Source: an uncultured Candidatus Bathyarchaeia archaeon
Lineage (GTDB): Archaea; Thermoproteota; Bathyarchaeia; TCS64
Reading direction: 5' to 3'
DNA length: 33,431 bases
Assembly: GCA_964537625.1 (NCBI GenBank)
Contig: CAZIAF010000004.1
Coordinates: 1-33,431 of the forward strand
Below, piece after piece: positions 1-7,825 of this stretch. How positions within the stretch are numbered: the stretch's first letter is position 1; the number at the start of each line of letters is the position of its first letter. The position numbers and the translations under genes were made by a program. The notes under the pieces were generated by a model, which did not search any database, was not told where the DNA came from, and saw only the letters and a program-made list of their open reading frames with translations.

Positions 1-208
1 CCATGTTCATCTTCTCGAGATTATTGAAGGTGGCTTCGTCGACGTTCTTCTTGTTAACAGTGCACTGCAGTACACCTGTACCGTCACGGATCTGGAGGAA
101 CAAAAGGCCCCCGCTGCTCCGGCTGTTGTAGAGCCAACCGCGGATGTGAACCTGCTCCTCTTCATACTTCCCACTTAGTATCTGGGCTATGTCTACGAAA
201 CCGGTCAT
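1..208 (-). CDS. asnS: Asparagine--tRNA ligase, N-terminal OB-fold part (runs off the window edge)
   Basis: Not in the ORF track. Manual translation from ATG 208 gives MTGFVDIAQILSGKYEEEQVHIRGWLYNSRSSGGLLFLQIRDGTGVLQCTVNK. The IRGW..R.SG.L.FL.IRDGTG.LQC pattern is typical of the AsnRS/AspRS anticodon-binding domain. Confidence 0.85.
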   Translation of the reverse strand, partial: MTGFVDIAQILSGKYEEEQVHIRGWLYNSRSSGGLLFLQIRDGTGVLQCTVNKKNVDEATFNNLEKMNM

Positions 209-394
209 ATCGACCGAAAAGGAGACTGCAAACTCGATATTATAGTCTTCGCTCGTCAGTTTGTAAAAACTACAAACGTGGGAGGATATCTATACTAATA
301 TTCCATTTTTTATTGGAGTCTCATGAATACGCGCGCGTGAAATACTAGCAAAGCCAGAGGAGAGTGAGAATGCAGCCGACCTATTTTTAAGAAG

Positions 395-2959
395 CTACCT
401 GGTGAAGAATGATGATAGCCCAGTCTGGCGTGGTCGCCCGACGAGCTCATCGAAGCTCATATCTAGGGCGTCAAGGACCTGCTCGAAGGTCCCCTCCAGG
501 TGCTCCTCATACTTACTAATGTCGACATCCTTCGTCCCAGCGAACTGCACGGGCTTGACGCCATCCTTTGTGACGACGTAGCTGATAATATCACCCTCCT
601 TGAGTTCGTGACCCTGTTCCTCCAGGATACGTCCCGCCTTGACGTGCTGGGGGTTGGTGTCGTAGCCAGCGAGATTCTTCCCAAGCATCATGCTGAAGGC
701 TACCTCCTCAATAGTGAACTCCCTATGCTTGAGGCGATGGCTGATTGTCGTGACGAGGTTCTTGATCTCCTCCTTGGCGTGGGGGAACTCCTCCAGTTTT
801 TCTACGTTGGAAAGAATCACGGTCAGTTTCACGAAGGCATCCTTGAGGATTGGTGGTATGTGCCGCTTCTTCCCTGTGAGCCCCTTTATGTCCAACTTCC
901 CGTCCGGATAGACGCCGAGGTAGTTCTTCTTCCTGCTGCTGAATATAGCGTAGCGGTAGTACTTATCGACGTCTAAGTCGATGCCGAGTTCGGCATCAGC
1001 CCACGAAATGAGCCCGTCGATCTGCTCTGTCGACGGTTTCTCAAGGAACACGGAATCGGTGTCGCCGTAGATAACCTCGATGCCGAGTTGTTGACTCTTG
1101 TCGACCGCCTTAGTCATGGCGTAGCGGCCTACAGCTGCTGTGCTCTCCGCGAGGGGAGGGCAGTAGAGAGGGAAGCTCTCGGCTCCGAAGACTCCATAGC
1201 TAGCGTTGAGGAAGACCTTGAGAGCTTGGGTTACCACATCATAGTACTGTCGCTCCTCGGCGCTGAGCGCCTTATCTTTGCTGCGGGGCTTGTACCACTG
1301 AACCCTGAGGTCACGGAGGCTCCCGATGATGAGGCTCGCCATGCCACGATTCTTAGTGCAGACCCAGTGAGGGGTGCCTGGGACGAGGTTCGTCTTGCAT
1401 TCAGGGTGAGGACAGAGTATGGTGTCGTAGCTCAGATTCCAATTTCTGATGGCGGAGGGGTAGAGGCTCGCGAAGTCGCATACGGTGACGCCGAAGTGGA
1501 CTCCCGGCTTAGGGTCCCTGACAATTGCACCTTTATACTTCTTCCCCTTGATGATGCTCGTTGTGCTAACGCTACCCTTGGTGTCAAGGATATCCTGGGT
1601 GTTGGGGATTAGCCAACCCCTCCTCCTGTGCTCCCACTCCATTAACGCAAGTATCCATCGGCTGACCCCGTTTCTGCTTACGTCCTCCATGATCATCTTG
1701 CTGATCCTGGTAAGCAGCACTAGGAGGTTCATGACGAGGTCGTGGTTAAAGGCGGTGAGTTGGTAGGTAATGTCGGCGTCGTTGAGACAGTATTGAGCGA
1801 GATCCTGGATTTTAGCAGTGCTGATGTCGCCGATCTCCAATTTCTCTTGATTGATTAGGTTCCTTGAGATCTCGTTAAGAGTATTCTCCCGATATCTGTT
1901 TCCAAAAGCGTATCCTTGTATGCTTCTATTCATAAAGAACCTGTACAGATCAAGGTGAACCCCGTTCCGTAGGAATGCGAAGCGTCTCCCCAGCACTATA
2001 GGGTTCTCCGAATCCTGAACGCCAAGGTTCCGCGCTCTGTTTCTGAGAAACCTGAAATCGAAGTCATCGCCATTAAAGGTGAGAACGACAGGGTACTCGT
2101 CAAGGATCTTGAAAGTCTCCCGGATGATGTCCCGCTCATCAGTATAGACCTCGACTTGAGCGCCGAGAACAACCGGTGTCTCCACGTTGGCTCCGGAGTC
2201 GTTGAGGACGATTATCTTACGCATCCCGTCGCTGCTGGAGAACCCAACAGCGGTAATGGGCTCCACCGCCTCGTCGGGGTTCGGTAGCCTGTTCTGAACT
2301 GAGGGGCGGACCTCGATGTCGACGGCGACGCGCCTCATCTTTGGGACCGAACATTGGAGGAGGCGAGTCCACTCCTTCATGTTACCGCGGAACTCGGGCT
2401 CGATCTTATCCAATATTGCATCGATCTTCGACTCCGTATCTAGGTCCAGCTTATAGCCACCATCGACGAGGTTTCCATTCTCGACTCTGTATGGCATCCC
2501 GGTGACGAGGCCTCGGTCATAGATGTAGCACTGATAATACCTGATCCTGCTCTCCCAGCTGTCGCCGATAATGCTGCGGATGGGCTGACCTCTACCTCCA
2601 CCTATGCTAAGGGGGTCCTTCGCAACCACTTTGGTGACCCTGATCTCGGTGTCGCTGAGTGGATCGTGCTTCGTCACCTCCTCCATGAAAAAATAGCCTT
2701 CATGCTTGATGAGGCGACTGTTCTTCTCCAATGCGCCTTGCGACTCCTTGCTTATGCAGTAGGGAAGATGGTTTGAATTGTCATACCAGAGGTAGACCTG
2801 TTGGCTTACCGGCTCGTAAAGTCGGAGGTACGCCTTCTGCTCTGCACCGTCGTAGCCAGCGCTGAGTAGATAGCTGTTGGGTAGGTTATCCGGTGCGAGA
2901 CGCCCCTTTGGTCTGATCTCCTCCTCGCCCTCGTCCATGATAAAGTCGGGAGCCGTCAT
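395..2959 (-). CDS. polB1: Family B DNA polymerase, PolB1 (TACK) type
   Basis: Exonuclease motifs DIEV, FNGDDFD, YCLND; YKGA motif; polymerase motifs DFASLYPS, KVFLNASYGVFG, YGDTDS; C-terminal PIP box QTGLSSFF; no intein. Confidence 0.95.
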   Translation of the reverse strand: MTAPDFIMDEGEEEIRPKGRLAPDNLPNSYLLSAGYDGAEQKAYLRLYEPVSQQVYLWYDNSNHLPYCISKESQGALEKNSRLIKHEGYFFMEEVTKHDPLSDTEIRVTKVVAKDPLSIGGGRGQPIRSIIGDSWESRIRYYQCYIYDRGLVTGMPYRVENGNLVDGGYKLDLDTESKIDAILDKIEPEFRGNMKEWTRLLQCSVPKMRRVAVDIEVRPSVQNRLPNPDEAVEPITAVGFSSSDGMRKIIVLNDSGANVETPVVLGAQVEVYTDERDIIRETFKILDEYPVVLTFNGDDFDFRFLRNRARNLGVQDSENPIVLGRRFAFLRNGVHLDLYRFFMNRSIQGYAFGNRYRENTLNEISRNLINQEKLEIGDISTAKIQDLAQYCLNDADITYQLTAFNHDLVMNLLVLLTRISKMIMEDVSRNGVSRWILALMEWEHRRRGWLIPNTQDILDTKGSVSTTSIIKGKKYKGAIVRDPKPGVHFGVTVCDFASLYPSAIRNWNLSYDTILCPHPECKTNLVPGTPHWVCTKNRGMASLIIGSLRDLRVQWYKPRSKDKALSAEERQYYDVVTQALKVFLNASYGVFGAESFPLYCPPLAESTAAVGRYAMTKAVDKSQQLGIEVIYGDTDSVFLEKPSTEQIDGLISWADAELGIDLDVDKYYRYAIFSSRKKNYLGVYPDGKLDIKGLTGKKRHIPPILKDAFVKLTVILSNVEKLEEFPHAKEEIKNLVTTISHRLKHREFTIEEVAFSMMLGKNLAGYDTNPQHVKAGRILEEQGHELKEGDIISYVVTKDGVKPVQFAGTKDVDISKYEEHLEGTFEQVLDALDMSFDELVGRPRQTGLSSFFTR

Positions 2960-2991
2960 CGCCTAGACTTTGACTCGGTGGCATATATGGG

Positions 2992-3888
2992 CTATGAGGA
3001 GGGGTCTCTACGTGCCCTCTCAGTTGCATAAAGCGTCTCCAGCACAATATAAGCAGCCTGGATTGCTGTGAGTCCCGAATCGTAGTGGGGTGATACCTCC
3101 GTCACATCGAAGCCAATGAGGCGACGGTCAACTATTCCAGATACCAAGTCGAGTAGATTGGTGACTCCTACGCCTTCGGGACTAGGGTTACCTACGGCGG
3201 GGGCCTCGGCGGGGTCGACGGCGTCCATATCGACACTCAAGTAGACGGACGCCGCGTTTTCGATGACACGCCTAGTCCTCTCAATCGCGGACTCGACACC
3301 GGACTTCTTTATATCCTTGGCTGTGATTAACGTAATCTTCTTCTCCTCAGCATAGGCGATCTCCTCCACCGATAGCGCCCTAGCGGCTATGATTACCAGC
3401 TTGAAGACCTTCTCCTCATGAGCCCTTCGGAGGTAGGTAGCGTGGCAGAGCCTCTCCTCAAAGAGGCTATCCCTAAGGTCGAGGTGAGCATCGAAGACAA
3501 CGACTGCCTCCGGCCTTAGCGCACGTAGGGCGCCGAAGGTGACGGTGTGCTCCCCACCCAGCATAATAGGTAACTTATCCCGCCCCCTGATCTCATCTAT
3601 TACACATCTGATGTGCTCGATGGCGGGTTCAACCTCCTTCATGTCAACGACGTCGCCCACGTCGACCAGCTTAAGATCCTCCCAGTTAAGGCCAGTCCTG
3701 ACGCTATAGCTCTCCATGTACTGGCTCATTGAACGGATAGCTGAGGGTGCGAATCTGCTCCCGCTTCGGTAAGAGGCTGTCCTATCGAGGGGTGCCCCGA
3801 AGAGGATGTAATCGGAGTCACCAATCTCCCCTACCTTCTCGAGGAAGAGCTCCGGAACCGGCTTCAGAAGGCCATCGAAAACCGTCAA
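2992..3888 (-). CDS. speB: Agmatinase / ureohydrolase
   Basis: Arginase-fold motifs GSRFAP, GGEHTVT, DAHLD, DMDAVDP..AP, EVSP. Start placed at TTG 3888, overlapping the tag stop (TTGA); the ORF track starts at 3915. Confidence 0.88.
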   Translation of the reverse strand: MTVFDGLLKPVPELFLEKVGEIGDSDYILFGAPLDRTASYRSGSRFAPSAIRSMSQYMESYSVRTGLNWEDLKLVDVGDVVDMKEVEPAIEHIRCVIDEIRGRDKLPIMLGGEHTVTFGALRALRPEAVVVFDAHLDLRDSLFEERLCHATYLRRAHEEKVFKLVIIAARALSVEEIAYAEEKKITLITAKDIKKSGVESAIERTRRVIENAASVYLSVDMDAVDPAEAPAVGNPSPEGVGVTNLLDLVSGIVDRRLIGFDVTEVSPHYDSGLTAIQAAYIVLETLYATERARRDPSS

Positions 3889-4460
3889 GGCTTTTTCTCC
3901 TGCACTTCTTTCCACCTATAGCACTTGGTTAGGTGGTCGTTAACGAGGCCAGCTGCCTGCATATAGGCGTAGCAGATAGTGGGGCCCACGAATGTGAATC
4001 CTCTCTTCTTGAGATCCCTGCTCATGGCGCGGCTCTCCTCGGTCTCAGCCGGCATCTCCTTGAAGCTTGTAAAAACGTTTACCCTCTGAATACCTCCGAC
4101 GAACCCCCAAATGTAATTGTCGAAGCTGCCGAATTCCCTCTGTACCTCTAAGAAACTACGGGCGTTCCTTATTGCAGCTACAATCTTTCTACGGTTGCGA
4201 ATGATCCCTGGGTTTGCCAAAAGCCTCTCAACGTCGGCCTCATTGTACTCCGCAACCTTTTTTGGGTCGAAGTTATGGTAAGCGTCTCGATATGCTTCAC
4301 GCCTGTGTAGAACTGTACGCCAACTTAGTCCTGCCTGGACACCCTCTAAAACTATGAACTCGAAATGGAGACGGTCGTTATGGACAGGCACACCCCACTC
4401 CTCGTTATGATACGTGGTCATAACGGCGTCGGCAGTCCCCCAGCCGCAGGTCTCCTTCAT
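3885..4460 (-). CDS. tag: DNA-3-methyladenine glycosylase I
   Basis: CGW, YHNEEWG, LEGVQAGLSW, GIIRNRRKI, GFTFVGPTICYAYMQAAGLVNDH...C; the Zn ligands C/H/H/C are retained. Confidence 0.95.
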   Translation of the reverse strand: MKETCGWGTADAVMTTYHNEEWGVPVHNDRLHFEFIVLEGVQAGLSWRTVLHRREAYRDAYHNFDPKKVAEYNEADVERLLANPGIIRNRRKIVAAIRNARSFLEVQREFGSFDNYIWGFVGGIQRVNVFTSFKEMPAETEESRAMSRDLKKRGFTFVGPTICYAYMQAAGLVNDHLTKCYRWKEVQEKKP

Positions 4461-4507
4461 AGCTTAACTTAATATGGGTGTTCTCAAAAGGTTTACGAAA
4501 ATAAACT

Positions 4508-4529
4508 CATATCAATGTTTTTAAATATG
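4508..4529 (+). promoter_or_regulatory. arsM promoter: TATA box inside an imperfect palindrome, possible ArsR-type operator
   Basis: CATATCAATGTTTTTAAATATG has CATAT/ATATG arms around TTTTTAAATA (4518-4527), 29 nt upstream of ATG 4557. Confidence 0.4.
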
Positions 4530-4556
4530 TAACTGCTTTATTCTGTCTAGATCTAT

Positions 4557-5330
4557 ATGGCGAGCGCAAAGCAGATCAAGAATGCGGTCAAGGAGAGATA
4601 CACGGCGATAGCCGAGTCAAATAACTGTGGATGCGGCTGCGGCTGCGGTAGCGAGGGTAGTTGCTGTGGAGGCAGCGACCCAAAGCAAGCCGCAGAGACA
4701 ATAGGCTATAACGTATCTGAGCTTGAGGACATCCCCCAAGAGGCGATTCTCGGTCTCGGTTGCGGTGCACCCGTCGCCTACGTCGGATTGAAAAAGGGTG
4801 AAACCGTACTCGACCTCGGCTCCGGCGGAGGCATTGACGTATTCCTCGCCGCAAAGAAAGTTGGTGCGAAGGGGAAGGTCATCGGCGTCGACATGAATGA
4901 AGCCATGATTAAACGTGCTACCGAGGCGGCAAGAGAGTACGGTTTCGATAACGTCGAATTCCGCTTCGGCGAAATCGAGAAAATGCCCATCGACAACGCC
5001 ACCGTCGACGCCATCATCAGCAACTGCGTCATCAACCTCAGCCCCGACAAACCCCTAGTCTTCCGCGAGGCCTATCGAGTGCTGAAGCCTGGAGGTCGGA
5101 TAACAGTCTCTGATATCGTTACCGAGGGAGGGATGCCCGAAGAAATCCGGAGGGACCTCGACGCTTGGGCGAGCTGCGTCGCTGGTGCCCTGCCCCAAGA
5201 AGAGTATCTCAAACACATCGAAGCCGCTGGTTTTAAGACGCCGAAGATCCTCACCGAATCTTACTACGATACCGAGGAATACGCAATCGACTTCAAGGTG
5301 AAGAGTATCACCGTAGAAGCCTGGAAGTAA
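4557..5330 (+). CDS. arsM: Arsenite S-adenosylmethionine methyltransferase
   Basis: SCCG, LGLGCG, SAM motif VLDLGSGGGID, ISNCVINL, WASCVAGA: all conserved ArsM cysteine positions are present. Confidence 0.92.
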   Translation: MASAKQIKNAVKERYTAIAESNNCGCGCGCGSEGSCCGGSDPKQAAETIGYNVSELEDIPQEAILGLGCGAPVAYVGLKKGETVLDLGSGGGIDVFLAAKKVGAKGKVIGVDMNEAMIKRATEAAREYGFDNVEFRFGEIEKMPIDNATVDAIISNCVINLSPDKPLVFREAYRVLKPGGRITVSDIVTEGGMPEEIRRDLDAWASCVAGALPQEEYLKHIEAAGFKTPKILTESYYDTEEYAIDFKVKSITVEAWK

Positions 5331-5405
5331 CAGGTATTCGCGCACGCTGAGTCGTCATCACTCGATCGTGCTTTCCTCGGTAGCATTAGCATATTAAAGA
5401 TTAGG

Positions 5406-5813
5406 TCATCCAAGTACGAATCGGCCCCTTAGGTAAGCTCCGAGGAACATAGCGGCTAAGCCAACTATTACTGGCCAATTTCCTGTACCGAGGCTAGCAA
5501 CTGCGGAACCTGGGCACTGTCCTGAGATCCCCCAGCCGACACCGAAGATAACCGCGCCAATAATCGTGTTACGAGTGAGGACGCTAACTCTAGGCTTGAA
5601 AGCACCTCCAAGAACAGGGGCCTTCAGGAACTTGGGTACCACATTTATTGCTAAAAATGTGACTACCGCTGCGCCCCCCATAAGTAAGATGAGGCCCAGA
5701 TCCACCAGTCTGAGAAAACTGAGGACTATCTCCTGCTTCGTCATCCCACTGTATGCAAGACCGAATCCGAAGAGAATTCCACCTAAGTAAACTGAGATAT
5801 TTCTAGAATTCAT
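5406..5813 (-). CDS. YeeE/YedE-family sulfur-compound transporter, half-size subunit
   Basis: GGILFGFGL.YSGM and GAVIFGVGWGISGQCPG motifs; hydrophobic. Real start is probably ATG 5813 (TAATG overlap with the upstream stop), not 5996. Confidence 0.85.
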   Translation of the reverse strand: MNSRNISVYLGGILFGFGLAYSGMTKQEIVLSFLRLVDLGLILLMGGAAVVTFLAINVVPKFLKAPVLGGAFKPRVSVLTRNTIIGAVIFGVGWGISGQCPGSAVASLGTGNWPVIVGLAAMFLGAYLRGRFVLG

Positions 5814-6313
5814 TACACAACCCCCAGTAACTGAAACAACTGAGCGGTAATTATTCCGACCACCATGAAGGTTATGACTGCATATAGGGAAGTTGTTGAG
5901 AGAGAAGCGAGACCGCTTATACCATGACCGGAGGTACAACCGTTCGATAGTCGAGTGCCAAAACCGACGAGGAGTCCACCTAAAGCTAACCGCCAAAGCG
6001 CAACACCGGTCACCCAGAACCCTGTTGGCGAAAACGTGAATGTATAGATTAAGGCGCCTGATACCAACCCTAATGCTAAGACTAAGCGCCAGTCTCGCTC
6101 CTTAATATTTCTCTCCTCCTGGAAATGAGCAAGTTTGGAGAACCAGGAGAGAGTCGTGGTGAAAAAACTACTTTGTGTAGCATGCAGCCCAGTCATTATG
6201 TATATGAGACTAACACCTAGACCTATGAATATCCCACCGATAAGGTAAGGTTCAATTCCGAGGGGAAACATAGGGTTCAGATTGAACTCGTAGATAAAAA
6301 ACCTTGAGTTCAA
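5813..6313 (-). CDS. YeeE/YedE-family sulfur-compound transporter, half-size subunit
   Basis: LIGGIFIG and GGLLVGFGTRLSNGCTSGHGISG signature. Start is either TTG 6313 (overlapping the upstream stop) or ATG 6271. Confidence 0.88.
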   Translation of the reverse strand: MNSRFFIYEFNLNPMFPLGIEPYLIGGIFIGLGVSLIYIMTGLHATQSSFFTTTLSWFSKLAHFQEERNIKERDWRLVLALGLVSGALIYTFTFSPTGFWVTGVALWRLALGGLLVGFGTRLSNGCTSGHGISGLASLSTTSLYAVITFMVVGIITAQLFQLLGVV

Positions 6314-7677
6314 CTCTTAACTACTGGATAACCAAGCTTCTTCCAGGCGTCGAAGCCGCCCAGAAGGTTAAAGATATTTTTTCTGCCCGCTTTGAGCAAG
6401 ACGCTAGCAGCGAAACTTGACCTGGTTCCCGTTTTACATTGGACAACCACCGGTCTTCCCATTGGAATCTCGTCCAGCCTTTCAGGAAGTCTACCGAGAT
6501 AAATGTGGATGGCGCCATCAATGTGTCCTTCATCCCATTCACTGTGCCTTCGAACATCCACTAGTACTGGATTTGCTTTCGATTCATGCATCTCCTTGAG
6601 TTGGGGGCAGGTTATCAATTCAACCTTGGAAAGAGGTAACCCCTCCTTAAACCACGCTTCTAGACCACCAGCGAGGTAGCCCGCGAAGTTGGAATAACCC
6701 ATTCTGTATAGGTTTCTTACAGCGTAATCCAAAGCTTTACCGTCATCAACAACGAGCAGAGGCTCTTCACCGACGGGAATTACCCAGCCAGCGTTTGATA
6801 GTCTACTAGGAGGGAGACTGTAGGATCCCTTAATATGAGCTCCTCCAAAAGCAGGAGGTGTCCTTGTATCGATGACTGCTATACCCTTCTCTATGACTGC
6901 TTTAAATTCGGCAGGCTTCAGTGCGGGTGGGCTGGGTATTTGCGCCAGGATCGGTGGACCCTCCAGGTTATATTTCTCCATCACTTTGAAGTAGGGTGGA
7001 GTCTCATGTTTCTCCTCCGCTTTTCGCTTCACAAATTCTTCTCTGGAGAGTCTTAGCGTCTGGTTCATCATTCTCTCGGCACCAATTGTGCTGATCTCAC
7101 GTTCGCTTATTGTACCGCCACAGACTGAACCGAAGCCATGACCTGGATAGACCACTACGCCGTCACCCAGAGGAAAGAGCTTGTCATGCAAACTATCGTA
7201 CAGCATCCCAGCCATTCTACTCGTGTTCTCTTTGCCGAGGAAGTCGGTTCTCCCTAAATCACCAACGAAGAGCGTGTCCCCCGTGAATACAAGCACAGGC
7301 TTGTTCCCACTTTCGGTGTCGTAAAGAACGTAACACGTACTTTCGAGAGAGTGTCCAGGTGTATGTAGAGCGACAACCTTCAACAAACCGACTAGATGCT
7401 CTTCGCCGTCGTGAATAGTACGGCCGTACTTCCATTGAAGACCCGGGCCATGGTGGATCTTAGCACCGGTGAGCCTAGACAACTCAAATGATCCGATGAC
7501 GTAATCCTCGTTTCTATGGGTCTCGAAGATGTCTTTGATTCTGACCCCCCACTGTTGAGCTATTTCCAGATATACATCACAGTCGCGTCTCGGGTCGACC
7601 ACGAATGCCTCTCCCTTCGAAGCAACTATGTAACTCAGGTGCGATACTATCTCGGATTTCACCGTTTGGAATAACAT
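6310..7677 (-). CDS. MBL-fold (persulfide dioxygenase/glyoxalase II-like) protein fused to two rhodanese domains
   Basis: VVDPRRD, ETHRNEDY, HTPGHS, FTGDTLFVGDLGRTD, YPGHG.GSVCG; rhodanese repeats IDTR...HIKGS and VDVR..EW..GHIDGA; active-site loop CKTGTRS in the second repeat. Confidence 0.88.
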   Translation of the reverse strand: MLFQTVKSEIVSHLSYIVASKGEAFVVDPRRDCDVYLEIAQQWGVRIKDIFETHRNEDYVIGSFELSRLTGAKIHHGPGLQWKYGRTIHDGEEHLVGLLKVVALHTPGHSLESTCYVLYDTESGNKPVLVFTGDTLFVGDLGRTDFLGKENTSRMAGMLYDSLHDKLFPLGDGVVVYPGHGFGSVCGGTISEREISTIGAERMMNQTLRLSREEFVKRKAEEKHETPPYFKVMEKYNLEGPPILAQIPSPPALKPAEFKAVIEKGIAVIDTRTPPAFGGAHIKGSYSLPPSRLSNAGWVIPVGEEPLLVVDDGKALDYAVRNLYRMGYSNFAGYLAGGLEAWFKEGLPLSKVELITCPQLKEMHESKANPVLVDVRRHSEWDEGHIDGAIHIYLGRLPERLDEIPMGRPVVVQCKTGTRSSFAASVLLKAGRKNIFNLLGGFDAWKKLGYPVVKS

Positions 7678-7825
7678 TAATTAGAACATCGTTTCATCGG
7701 GTATAAATCTAGGTTTACGTTGTTATCCTGAAAGGCATCACTTTCAGAGTTCAAAACAATCCTCGAGTTCCTATAAGAAAGCTTGGATAGAATTAAGCTC
7801 CCGGTAATCCACTTGTCGCGTTCGA

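Noticed and set aside
259-277. Inverted repeat GTTTGTA-N5-TACAAAC upstream of asnS
   Set aside because: The arms are only 7 bp with no second copy noticed, so it cannot be told from chance.
395-2959. Possible intein in PolB1 (also checked in NrdJ, 20236-22338)
   Set aside because: Catalytic motifs are contiguous, lengths are normal, and no splice-junction or LAGLIDADG pattern was seen.
5814-5996. N-terminal extension of the 196-aa YeeE ORF given in the track
   Set aside because: It overlaps the upstream YeeE gene in another frame; the TAATG coupling supports a start at 5813.
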